Shown here in pieces: positions 1 through 12,833 of a stretch of 64,000 bases of DNA (position 1 is the stretch's first letter; every line of letters starts with the position of its first letter). The stretch spans positions 1-64,000 of the forward strand of contig JADIIX010000056.1 of assembly GCA_027604505.1 (NCBI GenBank), given 5' to 3'. A model generated the notes under the pieces. The model worked only from the letters and a program-made list of their open reading frames with translations. It was not told where the DNA came from and did no database searches. The DNA is from Gonapodya sp. JEL0774 (Eukaryota). Made by a program: the position numbers and the translations under genes.

Positions 1-320
1 ATTCCGACCCACGCTAGGAGAAGGTCCATCTCCCCGTCGGAATCCGTGTCCGAGTCATTTTCAACGTCCATGATGAATGGGCAGTTGCGCTTTCAAGGAT
101 AGAGAGTACGGAGAATATTGTACATATTCGTGAGGATGGGTGGTTGAAGACTCCAAAACTCGAACCACCTCCAAAACGTTTTTGAATTTTCAAGCCATAC
201 TGTTTGGTTGTACACAGCACAATTTGGCAAAAACACTCTACAACTACGGTTTTGGAGCGTTTTGGCCAAAACTGGTAGTTTTGGAGCAAAACAGTTTTGG
301 AGCTGCCAAACAGGCCCTGA
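1..320. mobile_element. Probable terminus of a PIF/Harbinger-like DNA transposon, continuing left out of the window
   Basis: The minus strand from 317 reads GGGCCTGTTTGGCAGCTCCAAAAC, like the GG(G/C)CCTGTTTGG TIRs of PIF/Tourist elements, next to TGA at 318-320. CTCCAAAAC/GTTTTGGAG subterminal motifs recur in both orientations at ~150-303. An acidic ORF start MDVENDSDTDSDGEMDLLLAWVG runs off the window on the minus strand from 71. Confidence 0.55.
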
Positions 321-1279
321 GTTATTTTCTTACATGGGGCACTCTTGTGAAAAACATCTGAACAACGTAATTCTGGACAAGCTACTAGCGACGTCTTGTT
401 ACAAATTTTGAATACGCCTGTTGAGCATAACCAGGGATTGAAGAGGAAGTAGCTGGTGGATACTGTGGAGTCAACAGGCCTTGGTGAAGGTGAGTGAATG
501 TGGTGGTGAAACCTCTCACCGGGCCTTTCTGGGTTGTGGAACCTCTTCTGGACATGCCTAGTCACTCGAAGGACTACCAATTATGAGAGGTGCGGCGTGA
601 GCTGTTGCACCTTGGGAGTTGGTGGTTTTCTATCAGATTATATTGTATAATGTGTTATGTAAACGATTTTAAAGGGGAATGCCTATTTAGAGTCGACCGA
701 TTTCATTCAAATATAGAGTCTTCCCTGCGCTCATACGCATTTGAAGGCCCCGACGGGTGTATATCAATCAATACGGGAACCCCTGTTCCCCTCGCAGGCA
801 CTCCCCACCCAGCAGCCACGCCTTCTTTCAAACCAGAGAAATTGTTGGAACCCTTCGAAACGTTTGAGAGTAAAGTCAACCCGACCTGGGAAATCTGGCG
901 ACCATTTCCAGCTTCCCTCCTCCCTGGGCACTTACTCGAACCTGGGCAGTCGTCTGGTTTCAGAAACATTGTCCCGATTAACGGACACACGTCATCTCGG
1001 TCCTGATTTTGCATTCCGCAGTCTCAGCCAGTTGATCAGCCAATATAACAAACATCCTTTACTGTTTGCTGGTTATGGACGGAACGGATCCGCAGTGTGG
1101 GTTGCATTTGAGAATCAATTCGCCAAGACAGTACCAAGATGAACTCGCAGCTCATCAGCGCAACATTGCCCTCTTTTCCTCGGCACAACATGCCATCTTG
1201 CGTGGTCTCTCATATGCGTCTCCGCTGGATGCGCGTCGCACATCGCTGGGTGTCTGCACAATGAATCCCGATGTAATTA

Positions 1280-4200
1280 GTCGAATCTCGCCTGTTGGCG
1301 ATCCGTAACCAATGGCAGTTCGCAGCGTTCTGCCAGGTATGTGGCCATCCCACTACGCTCACTTTTATCATCATCTTACACCGCGCTGGACCTTCCACTT
1401 ACGGCATTCCCCTCACAACGTACAGTTTATCCACACGTTCCACCAGGGCATCCGGATCGAAAGCTTCTCTTCCGACGTAATTCAACATCTTTCTTGCATG
1501 TACACTTTTGTACTTAACTGACTGTCGCCTCCGCAGGAGTTTGAGCTTGCTGTTATTCGTGACGGCGAACCTGAAGAGGTGGTCAACATGATAGTCAAGC
1601 TGCTCACAGCGCTCACCAACATGCGAAACCTGAAGTAAGTACTGGCATCCTTTTGCAACGTCGAAGGTTTATATCCGTGTGTGCCTGTCTAATAAATGAC
1701 CGAATTGAACCCGGCAAACAATTTAGAGAGACTTGGCCTCGTATTCTCCGTGACCAGCACGCATATCGGAACACATTGTATCCAGTGCCAGAGGGCGGGT
1801 CGTTTTGGGACATCGAGCCCACAGAAAAGGTGTGTAATGTAGCGTCAGAAACCCATCCACGTTGTTACCAGAGAGAACGGAGAAGCCTTCGATACGTGGT
1901 GAACGGAAGCACAGGAATGGAGGAGATCCTTTTTCATGAACAATGTTACCGCTTTGCTCTGTTGGAGTAACGTCACCCTTGAGGGTCATGAGTATATTGG
2001 TGATTTCGCACCCAGAAACGTGCACACATTGCCCTGAGCACTCGGGAGATATTTTATTTCGTCTTCATTGACCGAGCGAAACTCTCAACAACGATTCCTG
2101 ACAACATCTGCGTCTTGACGACAATGCTACGAACGCCATGCATTGGCTTGCGTAATGCTGTTGGCTAACACCGGAACAGACGATTGTACTACACAACCTG
2201 TGCGAGTGGCTTTTGTGGCACCCTGATACTCTGCGAGCTCAGATGAGACGTCACACCGAAGACGAAGAGGGGGAGAGGCAGTGGGTGAGTACTGAAAGTG
2301 GAATCCCTCTGCTCCATCCAATCCCTTATTTCGCTTTACGCTCCGACAGCGCGTCGATCCAATCGGGTACGATGCTTACGGTAACGCATACTGGCTTTTT
2401 GACGGTGTGCATTCAATGGGGTTTCATCACACTTGAGTAGCGTTCTCACGTTCAACACCTCTGCTTCCTCCCCGATTCTCTAATCCAGACAACCGCCTTT
2501 ACAAAGAAGTGCGCTACCGCGCCTCTAAGCGCTCTCGTCGAGATAACCACCGAAGCAACCGAAAGCGGACCGCGGGAGGTGCTTACGGCGGCACGACGAG
2601 AGCAACGACACCAGGAGATGAAGACGAGGACGATCTAGGAAGAGATGATGAAAGGGAGTTTCCCGAAAGACAGAAAATTGATGCTGGAAAGGTACTTGGG
2701 GGAAAGCAGGACGAAGAGGGTTGTTGGAAGCTGGTGGGTTCCTGATTTCACTAACTCGTGGAGAGTAGAGGCCTGTTTATCGGTACCTTTTCGGTGCTGC
2801 CTATGCTGATCTCAATCTATCAGGTGTGCCGAACGCGTGAAGATTGGTTTGAGTTTCCGAAGCAATTTGAGCAGTCTCGCTGGCGCGATGACCGTGCTTT
2901 TCATGAACACCTCGTGGAGAGTGTGTTACCTCCGGTTCTGGAAGCTCTCGAAGTAGGTGTAATTTCTCCCGAATAGTGGCACTTGGATATGTTCTTTTGC
3001 TCAGGTGTTGTCCAATGACAGGCAAAGAAGAAGTCCCGCCCGAACGATCCACCATCTTCTGTAACCATTCCATCAGAGCTTTATCTTGCGGCGGCCCGCC
3101 GTTCAACTCGTGTACAAGCACGGGATATACAGCGAGCTGAAGTGGAGCGGGTCAGCGTTCAGGACGTTAAACGTGCACGATATGAACGTCTCGCACTCGC
3201 TCGTGATGCTTCTGCATCGGCAGGAGGATCGGCAGATGAGAGATCATCCGTACCTCCCGGAGATACCGGAGACGATGAACCGCGTAGAAAACTCGTGGAG
3301 TCGAGAGAGCAACGCGTCCTCGAGCGGGAGCAAAAAAGGGCTGAAGAACAGATACGCGTGGAGAGAGTGGAAAAGATTATGGAGGAGCAAGGAATAAGCT
3401 GGGAAGATGCGGAGAAAATTGTTGGTAAGGCTGCGGTTGAATCGGACTCGTACGCAGAACATGCTGTCGGGACGCACAGGGTAGGCAACATCAATAATGA
3501 GCAGAAGAAGCGCCGACGCGGTCGGCCGCCGAAGGTCGAACGGGATGCGGAGGCAGAGGAAGAAGATTGGTTCTTTAGGTGCGATGGATGCGGCCTCGCT
3601 GGAAAAAATCTTTCGGACGGAGTCATGGTTCAGTGCGATGGCTGCGAAGTTTGGCAACATGTTTCTTGTAATGGACTGGCCGGAAGAGATCTAAGAAAAA
3701 TGGGTAGATGGGAATGCAGTCAGTGCAAAGTTGCATCCAAAGCAGCGGGTGGGCTGAAGGCCAAAGGTGGATATGGAATTCCTGATCGGGCAACAGAAAA
3801 GCCAGTAAGGTCCACGAGGCGTTCTGCTGCCGCGGCGGCAGCCGCTGCTATCGTTGTGATTGATAAACTCGAACAGGAAGACGAAGTAAGCGACTTCGAC
3901 AAAATGGAAATCAACCACGACACGGGGTTTTTGCATGGGAAAGGTGCGAAGACAGTTGAGGATAACACCGTCGTTGAAGACACTGTGGATGGAATACCTG
4001 CAGATGATGAAGAGTCTGAGAAAGATCAATCTGATGATTACAATCCCAACCGGAGACAGAAGAAGAAAGCCAAAGTCCTTGGAAAGGGAAGAAGGAGCTT
4101 GAGCAATACCCAATCTTTACCCAGAAAAGCCAAATTCGATGAGTTGAGACCAGAACCTCCGCCGTTTCTGAAAGAAGTAACAAGTCCCCTGCAGAGTGAC

Positions 4201-5280
4201 TTCGGAGTGACGGTAAACTCTTCCCGCCCAGTCTCTGGAAGCGGGGGTCTTGGGTCCTCAATCGCCCCGTCCATTTCCGGTCAAACCACCTTTCCGGGGA
4301 TTCCTAGTACGCATCGACCAGTCATCCAGGCGGGGGTACCTTTCATCCCAACCTTCACGCAGGCTGATTCCCGTATCGTGAATCAATTCGCCAACCCTTT
4401 TCCCGGGCAGTCCATTATTACGGGACGAACCTCTGTTCTACCAGGATGGAACCCACAAGTTTCAGGACGGAATCCAACACAGTGGCATTTGACGTCATCA
4501 CATGCGCACCCTCCCAACTCCCAAAATCCCATACCACTCCACCAATCTAGCTTGTCATTTCCTTCGATCCCAATGCTGGGGTCCACATCAGCAGCAACTG
4601 TGGGTTCTAGTGCTCCCGCGACAGGAATATCGAGTACCAGCCTTGCCAATCCACAATCGCTGTTGATGGCTAGTATTCCTTCGAATGGACAAGGACCATG
4701 GCCAGCAGGTCTACAAGGCAATCTATTGCGGGCAGGCTCAATCCGTCCGATTACTGTTGTTAACGTTTCTGCAGCTGCAAACTCATTTTTACCCGTTGCC
4801 GGGTTTGACCCTTCCGGCTCTTCACAACAGCAAGTATGGAAGTCTCATACAGTTGCGGGGAATCCGCAAGGAAACGGGCACAATCAAGCCAGCGTCCCGT
4901 TGCCCCAGTCTCAGGCTCTTTCATCGAATACCCTTGCGTTTTCTGTACCGACGTTAACGCACACCTTAAATGCATTTTCACCAAGCTCATCGTCAGGACA
5001 GCTTGCTATGAACGGACAGACACAGCAGCAATATACTCAAAGTTTTACGCAGACAGGCATAGACTCGAATCTCATCTCTACCACACTCGGGACTGGCGTC
5101 TTTAAATCGAATGGTTCTACGCAAGCCATTTCAGCTTCTGGTGGAGCGACCATGTATGCAATGCTGTCATCCCCATTGCAGCAGGGGTCCCTCCCTGTGG
5201 GCTACATGCATCCGGGACAGCGACTCCTGTCTCCTCAGATGTCTGCCTCGTCCACGTCAGTGCCATTTAGCACCCCGTAG
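1280..5280 (+). CDS. DDT/WHIM(WSD)-AT-hook-PHD finger protein, likely ISWI-remodeller accessory subunit (RSF1/Ioc-like); multi-exon, start approximate
   Basis: Spliced exons give LAIRNQWQFAAFCQ|FIHTFHQGIRIESFSSD|EFELAVIRD (DDT-like), RVDPIGYDAYGNAYWLFD|NRLYKE and VCRTREDWFEF (WSD/WHIM2-3), AT-hook RRRGRPPK, and PHD FRCDGCG...MVQCDGCEVWQHVSCNG...WECSQC, followed by a long S/P/Q low-complexity tail. Confidence 0.75.
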
Positions 5281-5598
5281 GCAGTTGGGATGACTTTGGA
5301 CGCCTGTAACGTTGATACTAAACCTGCCAGCTAACGGACTCCAAACAAGAAGACCGAACGTTAGTCTTGCGATTTTAGAAATTCAAATTTTTATTTCATA
5401 TACATGGTATCTCGTAAGCGCCAATCGATCACACCTTGTCCCCAACTGAAGCCAGCAGTGAACATAAACCACTATAACGTTACCTTCATTTCAACCTCAT
5501 GAATCCGTTACGTGCCTCCGTTCATTACGCTTCTGCACCGCTCATTTGCCGGTATCATGCGCGTAGAATCTTCGTCTGTGGGTACGGCGCTCTCGCGA

Positions 5599-7205
5599 CT
5601 ACAAAATACCAAGGTCCTCATCCTCTTCTTGATGTGAGCCATGTTTGATACTCTCATGGTTTGTCTGGGTGTATCCAGAATTTGACACTACAGACGATGC
5701 ACCGGGCACTCGAAGTGATCGAGCCAGCCGTGTCACCTGTATCAAAATAGGAGCAAATTGTACTTGGATTGTCACATGAAACATTTAGGTTTGCACGGGT
5801 ACCTCGTTATCCAGAAATGTGACGATAGGTGCATTGACAACCTTCGTCCACCGTTTTTCGTCTTGCTCTCGCCAAGCTTGAAGCAGTTCCTGGGCGGCAG
5901 CACCTTCGTCGGAATCTGGAAATCCATCCGCTCTACATAGGAAACGATTTGAATAGTAAAGAAGCAGCTCTAATAATTCGAAGAATGAAGGTTCCGCTCA
6001 CGCATAGTTTCTGATCTCCTTGGATGCAGCCACTTCATCGTTCAGAGCTAATTGTAGTATAATGGTACAGAGTGCGGTCTTCTGGACTTGATTCTTGTTA
6101 CCAACCGAGCGGTAAATGATTGCAAGACGGGATAAAGTGGCTGTGGCGAGGTCATACCTGGCAAGACAACTATAAACTTTCTAGCAGCAAGAGCTGAATC
6201 TATAAAAATCAGCAAGACCGCACCGTTTGGCCTTCAGAAGCATTGTGGCTGTACGTTTGAATGTATCCACGGCGAGTCGCCCTCGATCAGCGTCTTCCAA
6301 AATATCGCAAGAGGCGAGGTACAACTCTATGGCTCTGATTTGATTAGTGGCTTCCACTGTTCTGAGAGAAAAACTTCAGTTTCTTAAAAAAAGGAGCGAG
6401 CTGAAATTTCGCTCACTTCGCCGCTTTTTCAAGCATCTCTGCGGCTTTGTCGGCGGACCCGTTTAGGACCAGCATATCGCTCACGCGCTTGTACATGTCT
6501 GCCGCGTCTTCTGGGCGTTTGAGCTGCAGAGCCAGAACTCCTGCGGCAGACTCGAGGGATTTGGCGGCTGCAAAGAAACTACAAAACACTGAAGTTTAGT
6601 TTGATCACAAAATACGAGGGGAAGCTCAAAAGCATTACATACACGCCTAGCTTCTCCTGACATTCAGCTGCCTTGACGTGAGCTGCTATTGCGTCCTCAT
6701 ATAATTTTGCTTGTTTAAAGGTGGTCGCTTGAATACAAGCGCGGATCAGAAATGGAAACGCCGTAAGCTAGCAACAGCTTAACATACCAGCTTTGTCGAA
6801 TTGCATGGAAGCAGTTTCAAGGTCTGGTTTGGATTTGATGAGCCCAAATAGAGAAGTTGGTTTGAGGCTTTGAGATTTATGAGCAACAGATTCCGTCCCC
6901 GGGATTGTGGCCGCAATTAATGATCCGAGGGGATGCATTCAAGAAGATGGTGGAGGTGGACGTTGTAGACAGATTCTGAAGAACTCACGCTTTCTCGCCT
7001 TCCGCCAAGAGTTCTTGAGATGCCGTCAACCCGCATTATCACAAATTGATGCAATGTTCGAAAGGGCCGTGAGTACCCCACATTGAAAGGTGAATTCGTG
7101 AGGATGAATGTCAGTGACGACGATCATGATCGATGGGCGTGAAAGGAAATGAATTCCAGAGCCTTGCACACCTCTGGCATCTTTCAATCGGGAATCGACA
7201 GACAT
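5599..7205 (-). CDS. NAPG: Gamma-soluble NSF attachment protein (gamma-SNAP)
   Basis: Exons MSVDSRLKDAR|ELLAEGEKA|LKPTSLFGLIKSKPDLETASMQFDKA|ATTFKQAKLYEDA and a C-terminus LDNE|VTRLARSLRVPG...EEDEDLGIL match the gamma-SNAP pattern. Confidence 0.8.
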
Positions 7206-7470
7206 CTCAATATCTGCCCGGGATGACCAATTAATGGACTGATCGTGCCCAGCCAAAGGTCGTTACACATGCAATACCCTCACGTATGCTTGTGTAAGAG
7301 CACGCGAAGGAAGTGAAGCAAATATTTATATGCATCGAATATGTACAGACAATAGATAGAGAAGATTCAACCATCTAAACGTAGTCTAACTCTACATCAT
7401 TCCACCAGCGATGAACTCGAAACCCGTCCGCACAGGTTCCACAAAAAAAATATTCATACGTCTCGTCGTC

Positions 7471-9316
7471 CTATTCAATGGTCCGGCAGTGCAGCATTTC
7501 CAGTCTCCAGCCGTACACCCGCCATAATCCCTCTGTTGGATTCGGAATTGCACAACGCTCGAGTGTCACACGCAGAGGTTTCTTGGGTGACAAAGATATA
7601 TCCTCCTCGATCATTGATCCACGGCCTTCCGGTAATGTCATGCTCCGGCTTCTTGTTGAGCTGCCTACTTCGACCAATGCTCCACTCGTCTTTGGTCCCA
7701 CGAAAATGCTGCGAAGTTTCAGGAACTCCAGCCCGGGAAGTCCTTTAACGATGAATTCCAGGGCAGTATCCGAAGCACTTTCTGCAGAGGGGCCTCGAGT
7801 CGCACCTAAAACAGATAAATGGCTGAGACAAGGTAAGTGGGAAAGGGCACGTGATGAAGCGGCAGTGAGCCCCCGGCATGGGATTGATAGTGTCCGAATT
7901 GGTGGATGGCGACGGTATCGAGATGGTGCAAGTGGAGGTGGATAGGTGGCTACTATGCCATGTAAATACCCAGTTCGGCGCAGGTTACCATTTTCACAGG
8001 ATGTGGCTGAATGCGATAGACCTCCACACAGCAGTTCCACCAATTTCTGAACAACCTCATCATCCATCCCAAATGATGCTTCCACCGGTTCGTACACTAG
8101 TTCCTCCAGACTCAATCCACCTGGTCTCCAATGTTCGGTATCCGTAATCCCACTTTCTGATCTTGCGGAGGAGAGGCCGTGAAGAATAGCCAACAGTCTC
8201 CCGCTTGATAAATTAGAAACCGATTCGAAACGCATCTCACGCAATGTGTTCCGCCATTGTGCTACCTCCTTCAATAGACCGACATTGCATCGGCGAACAA
8301 TCAGCGTGCGGAGACTGCGCGCGCCAGGGGGACATGGGTTGGAGACGATATCCGACATCGAGGATGCCCGCGACTGTGTGTCATTCTCGTCATCTTGGAT
8401 ACCATGTTCGTCGTTGCCCCGAACCATTGAGTTCAGGCGTGCATAGCTCATCTCCCAGCCTTCGAGCTCCAAATATTCCAAATGTGCGAGCCACGCGACA
8501 CTGCGAAGAAACCCCTGCGGCAACACATACAGACGACCAGTTGAAGTGGAGCGTTGCAAAAGTGAGGCCGAAAGCGTTGTTGGAGCTTTCAAAATGAGAC
8601 GAGTGGTCAGGTCGAAAGTGGCTGAATATAGTGCACGAGGAGAAAACTCATTGTCCTCGACGCAATTTTCATAAAAAGAGCCCAAAGAGAACTCACAAAT
8701 CCCTCTTGCGATAGTTTTTGACATCTGTGCTTCCAGTTCCGGGGCTGGATTGGGGCCGACGAAGTATTTTCCATCTAATATCTCAATTTTCAGACTCCGA
8801 ACACATTTTCGGTACAATTCGGATCTGCAACCTTTCTCGCATAGCGTGTAGAAAGGGATGGAAGACTGAGGCTTCGAGCTGGCAATAAGGGGAGCGCGCA
8901 TGATTGTCGACGCGTAGAGGGGGCCTACTGCCTCCGCAAAAGCGCTGCGACCAGTAAGGAGAAAATTTCGAAGTGAAACTTTGTCCAGATGTAAGAATAT
9001 GTGGATTTTCAACTCTACGAGAGTGTTTAATGTTAGGGCGGCTTTCGAGAATCACAGATGTAGAAGTACCTCGCGGCAAGGCTAAAAGGCCAGGACGGGA
9101 TGCGTCAGCACACGGTATCTCTGGTAGGTACTGCGTCCGTCGAGAGCAATGGAAATACAAGAGCTCCACTCGATCGGAGACATAGTTTAGGATCGCAACG
9201 AATAGGAGAAACACGTCAGTCAGGACTCGGATTATTCGATAGAATGTCGGAATCATAGCAGGTATTTCGGAGCAGGGTATCATCCTCCCGAGAGGATTGG
9301 AGGATTGAAAGACCAT
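7471..9316 (-). CDS. F-box / RNI-like leucine-rich-repeat protein; start uncertain
   Basis: A short intron joins GLLALPR|ELKIHIFLHLD (F-box). LxxLxL repeats follow (LAHLEYLELEG, SLRTLIVRRC, LSHLSVLG, LPGLEFLKLRS). Confidence 0.65.
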
Positions 9317-9466
9317 CTGAACTCAGTCCCCCCCCCTGCAATTCGGCTCACGCAGAATTAAAGTGAGTGCATGATCATGAACCCCTCTTGTATATAATTG
9401 CATATAGTCAAAAAGGTAAAGTAGGGTTGTACATTTTGGGGCTTTCAATGTAATATTGAGAAAGTG

Positions 9467-12400
9467 TCATTCCAACTGCCCGTGCTCAACAATGCCTCCC
9501 ACGACCGTCGCGATGGGCTTCACGCGCAAAATATCTGCCCGGTTGATAGTCATGATGTTATCACTCCACACCACGAAGTCCCCTTGTTTACCAACTACAA
9601 TAGAGCCTATCTGCGGTGGACAACATCACAGTGTCTTCGTCAGAATATAATTGGTGGAGTTTCTCCAGACACTCACATCGTTCTCTTGGAAGCTTGCATA
9701 CGCTGCGTCTAAAGTGAAACCTTTGAGTGCATCTTCACGTGTCAAGATCTCCCTGGGGTTCCACCCAGATGTGCCATGAGGCTAACAAGTGGAGTGTGAG
9801 CGGAGGTCCCCCCAACTGTCAAAAATTCTACTTACACTCCCACCCTTTGTGTCCAATCTGGTCACTGCTGCATAAAATCCCAGTAGCGGGTCGAAGTTCT
9901 CAACAGGAAAGTCACTTCCTGAACTCACAAGAATTTCCGAACCGATGAGGGAGTTCCCAAGAATGTGGGTTTCAATTCTTCGTCTCACCTAAAGCTAGCG
10001 CCCTAGCTCTAGTGATCACCAACACATGAATCAGATATCGTACTCATAGCGGAGCGTGCATTCTTCGGAGCTTGCTCACCCTTTCTCCAAAAATGTCTTC
10101 CAAAGGTATCCAGTATTGGCTACTCTATTTGCTCCCATTCTCAGCTCGGCATAAGACATATCTGACGTAGCATGCGTAGGTTGTACACTCGGAATAATCC
10201 CACCTCTCACAAATCGTTCGACATCGTGAGCCCGAACGAACTGCGCGTGCTCAATTCTGAGTCTGAGATCACGTCCACGGGTGCCATTGGGAGAAACCGA
10301 AGAATCCCACCGCTGAATAGCGTTTTCATAAGCGTCAAGCGCGTATGTGTTAGCTTTGTCACCAACTCCGATTGCCATTCATTCATAAATGTCGGAAGGT
10401 TCATTATGATCTCCCAGTTGAACGACCTCGGTGAGACTTACTTGCATGCGTGCAAACCTGCCAGCCCTGGCGTACATAAGCCATTTGCAGTTATATAAGA
10501 ACTCTGAATGTGACCCGGCACCTACACTCACCGCATTGACCCACTGCCACGTGAGGTTTTTGAGCATCTCCAATGATACTCTCTCAAGTCCTTTCTCACC
10601 AGGCTTATCCTTCATTTGCAGCACACCTGATGACCCGGGTAAACCATTACTTGACAATCGGACCAATGGCATACCTCGTACGGTTCCCACAAAGATGCTC
10701 CCCAGCTCCCTAACGCTCCATCAAGAATCTGCTTCACAGCTTTCAAGGTGAATTTACCGCGGCCCAAGTAGTCGTCGATCCGGACAACGGAATCCCCGCA
10801 AAACGAATCCGGTGGGTCGCAGAGAAGCATTCCGTAGCTAAAAGGCGAGCCCGAACGTATGAGAATCAGTTTGGCATCAGATGTCCTTTGATTGACATAA
10901 ATACTCACCACCGCACTGGCAATCGCAACTGTTCAACCGCCCTTTGTTAATCATCAATTGCAATCCATCCAAACACACACAGACAACACTTCGCCTACAT
11001 TTTAAACGTTTCTATATCATCAGGACGTACCGCCGCATCATGGTAGCTTGTCACCCCCTTCGCGACAACTGCGCGGGCGGCCCTCTCTAGCGCAACCAAA
11101 TCATCCACCCTAGCGTCCTTGGGCCTAGTCACGTCTACCAATGCCATGGCCGCGTCGATAAAAATGCCCGTAGGTGAGCCAGCGAGGGAGAGGGGGATGT
11201 GCCCACCCGGGACAGCTGCGGTAAGGAGACTGGGGTTTGCGGAACGCACGATGTTGAGGGCACGGTCATTGATTAGGTAAGCATGAACTTGGTGCATAGA
11301 GTTTGAGGCGGTCAGTAATTTGATTTCGGTGGCGAGGATCAGGGAAGGCAGCCCACAGTCAACACGCATCAAAACAATGGGAAACTGCGCGAGCACAGAG
11401 TCCACGTCCAAATCCTCTTTTGTGGGGAACTGGGCCCCAGGAAACTTGGTCTGATCCCAGCCTCTACCGTATAGCCACTTGTTCGGTTTCGGTGTCCCCT
11501 CAACATCGTAAAACTCGCCAGCATGATCCTGGATGTAGGAGAGGAGACGGTGGCGGAGATCTGCGACCTGGAACATGCGTATCCATGAAGAAAAAGTTAG
11601 TTTGGAGCCGGGTTTACAGAGCGGGTGTCATGGTATCTCACGGAAGTGGCACCGACCAGATTGCACTCTGTCAAAAATCTGTTGACACCATCGACGAAGA
11701 AAATAAACGCAACGGATACGAAAAATCGACAGCTTCATACATGACATGGAGCTTGCTTACCTGCCAAGGCCGAGTAAATGAGCGTGTGAGTCAGTAAAGC
11801 CCGGTGTGATTATGTACGAAGTGTTGGCATGGGAGATGTGCTTGCAGTATAAGACATTGGTGGTGTTTGATGTAGTGAAATTTTTATCTTGTTTCCTCAA
11901 TCGCAAATGGAGAGTGCCAGACATGGCCCACCCTCGTCATAGTCACTGGATGGGTTGGTGACACTCTCCAAGGCTGCATTGAAAGCACATCACATACTCA
12001 CCCTCGCTACAACCCACTCACTTCCAAGCTTCAATTCTCTCAAGGTTTTAGCCACTGCAGTGATGCGCCCGCCTTTGACCGCGACGGCACCGGCGAGTGG
12101 TAATTTGTCGTCTACTGTGTATATCATCGCGTTGTAGATGACATAGGGTTCATGTGTAGGGGGGCCGAGAATGTCGCGCGTTTGACCAGAGCTGCTCAAA
12201 GTGAAGTGAAGTACAAGTGTGTGAATGGAAATCAAATGAATCGAGACTAGGAGCAACACTTCTTAGCACCTGGGAAGCCAATCACCGAGTAGTCTATTTA
12301 CACCCCACAATGCAAATGCAAGTGTCAGAAGAATTAACATCGTCACAGCATTGCCGTAGAGTGACTTGACGAGGAGAAATGAATCATGTATCAACCCAAC

Positions 12401-12648
12401 ACAACTGATCAGAACACGCTGTGTCCACCGAGGTAAAAATCTATTTTGCAGTATGGATCCACCTTAAATGCTTCTTTCGAAGCCCTCTCGCGAATATCTT
12501 TCATTCTTGGTCCGTCTTCCGCTTGAATTTTCTCGAGGGCCAAGAGAATATCGCGTTTGTAGCGATCGGCATCGTCATCGTCAGCTTGTGGAACCGATGC
12601 AGAAGATGGAGGTGGGCGGCGCTGACGAGGAGCGCTTGTGGATGGCAT
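9467..12648 (-). CDS. Amidohydrolase-3 (YtcJ-like) metal-dependent hydrolase with N-terminal membrane anchor
   Basis: Motifs IYNAMIYTVD, PGFTDSHAH, GRGWDQT, DGALGSWGA, THA|IGDKAN, RLRIEHAQ, SVQPTHATSDM and GSDFPVE...GFYAAVTR; hydrophobic segment TMLILLTLAFALWGV near the N-terminus. Confidence 0.88.
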
Positions 12649-12833
12649 TGTTGCACTATTTGATATGACGGCGAGGGTTACAGAATGTAAAGAATGGATA
12701 ATCTATTTCTCGCGATCCGAATCATATTAGCCCCGGCTGCCCATCTCCGTCTTAATTCGCACTGTGAGTAACATTATTATGACAATGTAGCTACACTATG
12801 GACATTCCGTCCCATCATCCCTGAACCCCATGA

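Noticed and set aside
150..305. GTTTTGGAG repeats resembling CRISPR repeat starts
   Set aside because: Only about 9 bp, irregularly spaced, in both orientations, no cas genes, eukaryotic context; better explained as transposon subterminal repeats.
321..1200. Overlapping short ORFs (590-1006, 703-1014, 741-1142)
   Set aside because: No recognisable motif and no convincing exon chain.
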